Source: an archaeon
GTDB taxonomy: Archaea; EX4484-52; B79-G9
Direction: 5' to 3'
DNA: 13,114 nt
Assembly (NCBI GenBank): GCA_043813875.1
Contig: JBDRKP010000033.1
Location: 1-13,114, forward strand
Shown: positions 7,557 through 13,114 of the stretch, in pieces
How the letters are laid out: each line of letters starts with the position of its first letter
How positions within the stretch are numbered: position 1 is the stretch's first letter
Made by a program: the position numbers and the translations under genes
The notes under the pieces: generated by a model
What the model saw: only the letters and a program-made list of their open reading frames with translations
Told to the model about the DNA's origin: nothing
The model's database searches: none

Positions 7557-8269
7557 TGTAAACACCTTCCATCCAATCCGGGGAATCTCAAAAATCGTGC
7601 TGTATCTTTGCTTTCTTTTATCGAGACTTTGTCTTTTGGCTTGAGCCGGATCATCTTTTCATCGTTGTCTCTTATCAAGAGTGCGTCGCCCCTTGTTATC
7701 TCTATCGTTATCACTGAATCTTTTTTCAGCACATAACTTTTAATTCTTTCGTGCGGGTTGTTGAATCCGAGGCCAAGGCCTTCGCTGAACTGTTCGCCGC
7801 CGAGCGAGTAATAGTATGCGCCGGAGCCGAATGGGGTGCAGACCAATATGCCGTCGCCTACTACGTTGCCGTGCCTGAGGGCGCCGTCGACGTATACATT
7901 AAATCTTACTGCGATGTATGGGTCTTTGTTGTGTATCTGGATCTCGTTTAAGGCGTCGTATGCCTTGTCCTGGAATTCTGCGGTGATTTTGGAATAATGT
8001 TTCTGTTCGTAGCTATTGTCCCTGATCCTTCTGATTATCCCGTCAAGGGAGTCTTCCGTGTAGAAGCTGGTTTTTGAGGTGGCGCTGCCACGGATTGCGA
8101 CTTTGGGTATGAGCGGATAGAGGCGCTCTGAGTAAAGAACAGAGCCGTCACCGCCGTAGACGAAGACAATGTCGGGGGAGTTTTTGTCCAGAACTAGTGA
8201 TGCGTCTTTCAATCTCTTTTCGATTCTTTTTTTGGCTGAGCTGTCATGCGATACGACGGTCACTTTCAT
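7553..8269 (-). CDS. nadK: NAD(+) kinase
   Basis: Motifs GGDGS, ALNE and GDGILVCTPFGSGAYYYSLGG. ATG at 8269. The stop overlaps the malic enzyme start (ATGA at 7556-7553). Confidence 0.92.
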   Translation of the reverse strand: MKVTVVSHDSSAKKRIEKRLKDASLVLDKNSPDIVFVYGGDGSVLYSERLYPLIPKVAIRGSATSKTSFYTEDSLDGIIRRIRDNSYEQKHYSKITAEFQDKAYDALNEIQIHNKDPYIAVRFNVYVDGALRHGNVVGDGILVCTPFGSGAYYYSLGGEQFSEGLGLGFNNPHERIKSYVLKKDSVITIEITRGDALLIRDNDEKMIRLKPKDKVSIKESKDTARFLRFPGLDGRCLQ

Positions 8270-8356
8270 GGTCACACATCCCACACGATTCTTTTAATCT
8301 GCTTATTCTTGAATGGGCATATTTAATTAACTTACTGTGACGGCAAGGCATTTTTT

Positions 8357-8388
8357 GCAAAAATTATAAGATTGCGCAAAAATTATAA
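8357..8388. promoter_or_regulatory. 13-bp direct repeat containing BRE/TATA-like elements
   Basis: GCAAAAATTATAA at 8357-8369 and 8376-8388 in a divergent intergenic region. Confidence 0.55.
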
Positions 8389-8462
8389 TCTTACCCCGGA
8401 TACCGACTGCATGAGCTTCATGCCAAGAGGAGATGATATGTAGTGACTGACGGGGTGAAGAT
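8388..8462 (+). ncRNA. Candidate small structured RNA or cis-regulatory element (family unknown)
   Basis: Closing stem ATCTTACCCCG/CGGGGTGAAGAT with internal helices. TATA-like box upstream and a T8 tract at 8480-8487. Strand is uncertain. Confidence 0.3.
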
Positions 8463-8519
8463 ATGTTTGGATGAGCGTGTTTTTTTATGATAAATGTCTA
8501 TCGTTTTGAAGGCGAATCT

Positions 8520-9035
8520 ATGTTTGATGAGGAAAAATGGATGACCCTATGGAATGGCAATTGGACGCTTTCCGGCGATATTGTCGAGCATCTTGAAAAT
8601 GAAAAATATCAGGGAGAATTTCATATATACAACGGCAAGATGCCAATAGGGAATATCAAAGAGAAAGACATACGCAAAATTAAAGGAACAAAACATATAG
8701 CATCTAATTTTGGAAATACCGAACTTCATCCCGGTACCACACATATTCTAAGCCCAGATGGAAAAGAAGGATATGTCCTGCTTCAGGAACCATATGAAGT
8801 ACAGAAATATATTGTGAAAATTGAGGGAGATTATGCAAAAATGGCTGCGGGCATAAATCCCAATCCATTAAAACTGTATGATGGAGGAGACTTTTATCTT
8901 ATAGAGGGCTCTTTTTCGGATGTTTTAGATGAAATCGTGGCGGCTAATTACAAGGTCATAGAGAAAAAGGATAAAGAAGATTTTACTACTTACGCTTCCC
9001 GGCTATTCAATAAATTCAATATGAGAGTAATCTGA
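8520..9035 (+). CDS. Hypothetical protein
   Basis: Protein-like acidic composition with no recognised motif. Start is uncertain (ATG 8520 or the ORF-track start near 8487). Confidence 0.7.
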   Translation: MFDEEKWMTLWNGNWTLSGDIVEHLENEKYQGEFHIYNGKMPIGNIKEKDIRKIKGTKHIASNFGNTELHPGTTHILSPDGKEGYVLLQEPYEVQKYIVKIEGDYAKMAAGINPNPLKLYDGGDFYLIEGSFSDVLDEIVAANYKVIEKKDKEDFTTYASRLFNKFNMRVI

Positions 9036-9210
9036 GTTACGATAACAACCGAGCGAGAGCGGTACTAAAAATAACTATGATAAGACGGATAATGACTCAT
9101 CGAATATACAGACAATGTCCTAAAAGCATTTAAATCTTGATTTTAATAAAAGAGTTATATTTTCGAAAAATGAGTTCTGAAAGAAACTCTTTTTCTATTG
9201 AGGTGATTTG

Positions 9211-9378
9211 ATGATAAAGATAGATCAGGATGCTTGTATAAAATGTTTTGCATGTGTTAGCGTCTGCCCAAACGGGGCAATCGAGGAAAAGGACGGCGGT
9301 GTTTATCCTACCAAGAAATGCACTGACTGCGGAGACTGCATTGAGGCATGCCCTGCGAGCGCTATCAACAAGGGTTAA
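9211..9378 (+). CDS. 2[4Fe-4S] dicluster ferredoxin
   Basis: MIKIDQDACIKCFACVSVCPNGAIEEKDGGVYPTKKCTDCGDCIEACPASAINKG (55 aa) has two CxxCxxCxxxCP motifs. SD GAGGTGA at 9200-9206. Confidence 0.95.
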   Translation: MIKIDQDACIKCFACVSVCPNGAIEEKDGGVYPTKKCTDCGDCIEACPASAINKG

Positions 9379-9391
9379 TTTTTTCTTTTTT
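9379..9391 (+). terminator. Archaeal oligo-T terminator
   Basis: TTTTTTCTTTTTT immediately after the ferredoxin stop. Confidence 0.5.
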
Positions 9392-9544
9392 ATTGAGTTA
9401 TTTGATCGTGAGTTTTATTTAAATTCGATGTTATCGCAAAATATTGCTTCTATCATCTTATTCTGAGATACAGACGTCAGTACAAAGATTTAATAAGTCG
9501 TTTTTTTAGATATATTGTTAATATATTGTTAAAAGCGCAAGAGC

Positions 9545-10483
9545 ATGACTGATATGAAAAACAAGAGAATAAACCAGATAAAGGTGGATGAGGATTCGAC
9601 TGTCGATGAGATTGTCAGGGAGATGGAAACGTGCGGCTTTGGCGCTAAAAGGCTCGGGATGGCTGTCGATATTCTTGAGAAAATGATCCGGGACAAGGAC
9701 TGCAAGGTATTTTTGGGGATCGCAGGCGCTATTGTTCCTGCGGGGATGAAGAATCTCCTGATCGATATGATCAGAAACGGCTGGGTCGATGTTGTCGTGA
9801 CAACGGGCGCCAATATGACTCACGACCTTGTAGAAGCGTATGGCGGAGAGCATCTTGTGGGATGCGAAAAAGAGGATGACAAGAAGCTTCATGCAAAGAG
9901 AATAAACAGGATATATGATGTTTTCATGCCTAACTGGGTCTATGAGAAGCTTGAGGATGAGCTTCAGCCGGTCCTAAAAGACCTTCCGGAAAAAGAGATG
10001 TCTTCAAGGGAGTTCTTGTATGAAATCGGCAAAAGAGTAAAGCACAAGGAATCAATTCTGAAAGCCGCCTCTGATAAGAATGTACCAATATTCTGCCCGG
10101 CTATTGCGGATTCCGGTATCGGCCTCCAGGCATGGACGTTCATGCTTGAGCACAAGCTGCATGTGAATACGTTCATCGATCTTAATGAGATCATTGAAAT
10201 CGCATGGAGCGCCAAGAAAACAGGAGTATTTATACTCGGCGGCGGGACGCCAAAAAATTTCATCCTACAGTCTATGCAGTTTTCAAGCAGCACTCATAGC
10301 TACGCGGTCCAGGTCACGACGGACAGACAGGAGCCAGGCGGATTGTCGGGGGCAAGTCTTGAAGAGGGTATTTCATGGGGCAAGCTTGGCGAGAAATCAG
10401 AGTATGTTGATCTTATCAGTGATATCACAATTGTCCTGCCATTCATAGTTGCTGCTTTGAAGAAAAGACTGAAAAGCGGATAA
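9545..10483 (+). CDS. dys: Deoxyhypusine synthase
   Basis: Motifs VTTGANMTHD, INRIYDV, FCPAIADSGIG, LGGGTPKN and GGLSGASLEEGISWGK (active-site Lys present). Alternative start at 9554. Confidence 0.93.
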   Translation: MTDMKNKRINQIKVDEDSTVDEIVREMETCGFGAKRLGMAVDILEKMIRDKDCKVFLGIAGAIVPAGMKNLLIDMIRNGWVDVVVTTGANMTHDLVEAYGGEHLVGCEKEDDKKLHAKRINRIYDVFMPNWVYEKLEDELQPVLKDLPEKEMSSREFLYEIGKRVKHKESILKAASDKNVPIFCPAIADSGIGLQAWTFMLEHKLHVNTFIDLNEIIEIAWSAKKTGVFILGGGTPKNFILQSMQFSSSTHSYAVQVTTDRQEPGGLSGASLEEGISWGKLGEKSEYVDLISDITIVLPFIVAALKKRLKSG

Positions 10484-10660
10484 CATCACCCGGAATGACG
10501 AATAGAAATATATGGGCTGTTCTTTGCATTCTTAATTATTTTTATGATGAGTTAATTTATCCTGAATTAAAATATAGTGAATCCAACAACTTTTGAGCCA
10601 ATGTCGGATTCCCATATCTTTGCCACTATGTGGCAAGCTCCCGAGCATAGCTCAGGATAC

Positions 10661-10692
10661 TCAATCCAATAATCCAATAGTTATTGGATTGA
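10661..10692. repeat. Perfect 12-bp inverted repeat
   Basis: TCAATCCAATAA-tccaatag-TTATTGGATTGA. Confidence 0.85.
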
Positions 10693-10819
10693 CTATATGC
10701 ATTTATATGCCGCCATAGCGGGTACAAACCAGGAATATTACTCAGTTATAGTGAATTTCTGGTGAAAAATCATCAAAAAACAGAAACATTTAAGAAACTT
10801 ATGTAACGTAACTACAGAT

Positions 10820-11146
10820 ATGTCAAATGAAATGTCATTCAGATTGGGTAAACGTGCAATAAGGTTGATAAAGGAAGGCAATTTCCAATTGATATCCTGG
10901 GAAGAAATATACGATAAAATCGACGAAGACCATATATTAAATCTGCTTTCAGCGATCAGAAATGCGCTTTTTTACGGCGTGGAGAATAAAACGATACGAG
11001 GCATAGTGAAGGCAGGATTCACTCATTCGATAGAGAATTGGAATAACCATAGAGATAAAGTGGACAAGGACCTAATTGTTATCGGAGACAGGGCAATCAA
11101 GGTCGCAAATGAGTTCATCAAGAAAAACAAGATCAAAGTCGAGTAG
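10820..11146 (+). CDS. Hypothetical protein
   Basis: 108-aa ORF. A TATA-like TTTAAG preceded by an A-rich tract lies about 30 nt upstream. No recognised family. Confidence 0.65.
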   Translation: MSNEMSFRLGKRAIRLIKEGNFQLISWEEIYDKIDEDHILNLLSAIRNALFYGVENKTIRGIVKAGFTHSIENWNNHRDKVDKDLIVIGDRAIKVANEFIKKNKIKVE

Positions 11147-11194
11147 AATCCAGAATACGATTAACATTAATATTTATCTTATAAAAGTAATTCT

Positions 11195-12712
11195 ATGAGC
11201 AAGCTTTCTAGCGTAGTCCTGGGCCTGAGGGAACGAGGAATCATACTCGACCGGGGCGCTCTTGATTTTATTGACGAGAACAATATATCCAGAGAAGAAA
11301 TCGAGGGCTTGAAGATAAAATCACTTATACTTACGAGGGAGATTTTAGAGAGGGAGCTGAAAAGGCTGATTGAGCCTGTAAAGGAAAAGATAGAGGATAA
11401 GAAGCATGAGAAAGAGAATATTGTCACCAAGACTATCAAAGAAGAGCCAGAGGCAATAAAGCCATGCCTAAAGTCTTCAAGAGACATACCACATTCTGTA
11501 ATTGTTGAGAATCTGAATTGCTATGAACCTGCGGAAAAAAATGTCGGTTCGTTTGTCGAATATTTCAACGCACGCTATAATGCAATGAAAAACATATTGG
11601 CGCACAGGCAAGAGCTAAAGAATCTTGTGTCTATAGGCAGATTCACAAAGTTCAGCAATGACAAAAACATATCCGTTATCGGGCTTGTATCAAATATATC
11701 TAAAAGCAAAAACGACAACACAATATTAGAGATAGAAGATCCGACCGGCAGGATAAAAGCCATCATAAAGGAGAATAAAGATATCGGGGAAGGAGATATA
11801 TTAAATGATGAAGTGCTTGGTATCACCGGCAGCATATTCAACGGATTCTTGTTTGTGGAGTCAATCGTGCTGCCTGATGTTCCTCTCAGCAGGGCTATCA
11901 GGAGAGTCAATGATGCGGTTTCTGCGGCATTCATATCAGATACGCATTATGGAAGCAAATATTTCAGCCAAAAAATCGAGAGCCGATTCCTTAACTGGAT
12001 CAGGTCCAGCGAGGGAGCGCAGGTAAAATATCTATTCATATGCGGAGATATCGTGGATGGGGTCGGAATATATCCCGGCCAGGAGGCGGATCTGCTGGTA
12101 AAAGACATATATGCCCAATATGCGCTCTTTGAAGAATTCATAATGAAAATACCCGAGCATATACAGATCATCTTATGCCCGGGAAACCACGATGCTGTAA
12201 GAATGGGTGAACCACAACCTATCCTTCCGAGAGAATTGGTTCCAAAGCTCCATGATATGAAGAATGTATATCTTACAACTAATCCGGCATATGTCAATAT
12301 ACATGCTATTGATTCGGAAGGCATAAATGTACTTATGTATCATGGGTACAGCTTTACGAGCATTGTTGATGCAGTTCCATATCTCAGGCAGAAAGGATTA
12401 CAGAATCCACAACATGTTATGACATATGTGCTTCGGCGAAGGCATCTGGCACCGACTTATGGCTCTACAATCGCAATCCCTGAAAAAAAAGACTCTTTGA
12501 TTATCACAAAAATTCCGGATATATTCCAGACAGGAGATCTGCATTCGCATGCAATAGACAACTATAAGGGAATCACACTCATATCATCAAGCACATTCCA
12601 GAATCAGACGCCTTTTATGGATCGCGTGGGCCATATCGCAAATCCCGGAAAGGTCACGGTGGTCGACCTAAATACAAGAAATACCAGATGCCTTGATTTT
12701 ACAAAAGAATAA
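11195..12712 (+). CDS. polB: DNA polymerase D small (3'-5' exonuclease) subunit DP1
   Basis: OB-fold (VIGLVSNI...EIEDPTG) plus calcineurin-like motifs ISDTHYGS, CGDIVDGVGIYPGQ, PGNHDA, YHG, RRHLAPTYG and FQNQTPF. polB here is the archaeal DP1 (polD1) symbol. Confidence 0.96.
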   Translation: MSKLSSVVLGLRERGIILDRGALDFIDENNISREEIEGLKIKSLILTREILERELKRLIEPVKEKIEDKKHEKENIVTKTIKEEPEAIKPCLKSSRDIPHSVIVENLNCYEPAEKNVGSFVEYFNARYNAMKNILAHRQELKNLVSIGRFTKFSNDKNISVIGLVSNISKSKNDNTILEIEDPTGRIKAIIKENKDIGEGDILNDEVLGITGSIFNGFLFVESIVLPDVPLSRAIRRVNDAVSAAFISDTHYGSKYFSQKIESRFLNWIRSSEGAQVKYLFICGDIVDGVGIYPGQEADLLVKDIYAQYALFEEFIMKIPEHIQIILCPGNHDAVRMGEPQPILPRELVPKLHDMKNVYLTTNPAYVNIHAIDSEGINVLMYHGYSFTSIVDAVPYLRQKGLQNPQHVMTYVLRRRHLAPTYGSTIAIPEKKDSLIITKIPDIFQTGDLHSHAIDNYKGITLISSSTFQNQTPFMDRVGHIANPGKVTVVDLNTRNTRCLDFTKE

Positions 12713-12740
12713 TGAGAGTTTTGAATAACCCTCATTTTTA
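12711..12740 (+). terminator. Putative terminator after DP1
   Basis: AATGAGAGTT/AACCCTCATT imperfect hairpin running into a T-tract. Confidence 0.4.
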
Positions 12741-12830
12741 TTCACAAAAATCATTATATTCTAGTTCACCCATATATGTAATTGGGTGATTGATATGGAT
12801 TTTAGCCAATTTCCAAAATTCCCGCTATTT

Positions 12831-12956
12831 TAGGCACTATGATGTCAAAGGATGTGGAATCAGATAAACTACATAGTGCCTATTAGGCACTAAAAAACTC
12901 CAGAGACTGCGCTAAAACTCAGGACACGCAGCAGTACTTTTTAGTACAGTGCCTAA
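12831..12956. mobile_element. Two abutting short inverted-repeat units (MITE-like or IS-end remnants)
   Basis: Unit 1 is TAGGCACTATG (12831-12841) ... CATAGTGCCTA (12872-12882). Unit 2 is TTAGGCACT (12883-12891) ... AGTGCCTAA (12948-12956). Both lie directly upstream of a transposase. Confidence 0.55.
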
Positions 12957-12981
12957 TTCAATGGGAGTTTAGGAATTTATC

Positions 12982-13114
12982 ATGAGAAAAAATTATGAAA
13001 AAGTAAAAGGTCTTGGTGACCGTCTGGAACTCATGAAAGGAAAAATAGATTGGGAGCCGTTTGTGCCATTGGTATCCAAAGTGTTTTATGACAACAAAGA
13101 GACTGGTGGAAGAC
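12982..13114 (+). CDS. IS5-family transposase, N-terminal part (truncated by window)
   Basis: MRKNYEKVKGLGDRLELMKGKIDWEPFVPLVSKVFYDNKETGGR matches the LGDRL...IDWE.F...GGR(P) pattern of IS5/InsH-type N-terminal domains. Confidence 0.8.
   Translation, partial: MRKNYEKVKGLGDRLELMKGKIDWEPFVPLVSKVFYDNKETGGR

Noticed and set aside
8388..8480. Resemblance to SAM-I, FMN or fluoride riboswitch, or to a C/D box sRNA
   Set aside because: Only short scattered motifs in the wrong order, and no box C (RTGATGA) at the 5' end.
9171..9182. 12-nt identity (TGAGTTCTGAAA) with the tRNA intron
   Set aside because: Several 12-mer matches are expected by chance within a 13-kb AT-rich window, and the flanks do not align.
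9248..9466. 72-aa ORF from the track
   Set aside because: Out-of-frame overlap with the real ferredoxin at 9211-9378.
10495..10596. 33-codon ORF MTNRNIWAVL...
   Set aside because: No SD and no motif. Too short to support.
10709..10735. GCCATAGCGG resembling the 5S rRNA 5' end
   Set aside because: The downstream 5S conserved blocks and helix I partner are absent.
12831..12956. CRISPR mini-array
   Set aside because: The repeats are short and alternate in orientation, spacing is unequal, and no cas genes are present.

Overview
Archaeal chromosomal segment, probably from a DPANN-type lineage. This is inferred from the PolD small subunit, deoxyhypusine synthase, pelota, GGTGA-type Shine-Dalgarno sites, a BHB tRNA intron and a C-x-DSDGG surface-protein module. 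From left to right it holds a window-truncated Cys-rich secreted protein with a dockerin-like domain (not in the ORF track), a membrane-anchored protein with three repeated beta-rich domains, pelota, a small membrane protein, tRNA-Ser(GCT) with a 35-nt intron in the T-loop (59/60), and a PRC-barrel protein. Next is a minus-strand run transcribed as NAD kinase, malic enzyme, L-asparaginase, ComB-like phosphatase. Then come an orphan ORF, a 55-aa 2[4Fe-4S] ferredoxin (not in the ORF track), deoxyhypusine synthase, another orphan and PolD DP1. The right edge has two abutting GGCACT inverted-repeat units and the start of an IS5-family transposase. Three intergenic regions (about 2360-2435, 8390-8460 and 10620-10720) carry unexplained secondary structure. 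I found no clear multi-gene novel system. The best leads are the T-loop intron, the candidate structured RNAs, the tandem inverted-repeat units and the dockerin surface protein. All calls were made by eye, without database searches.
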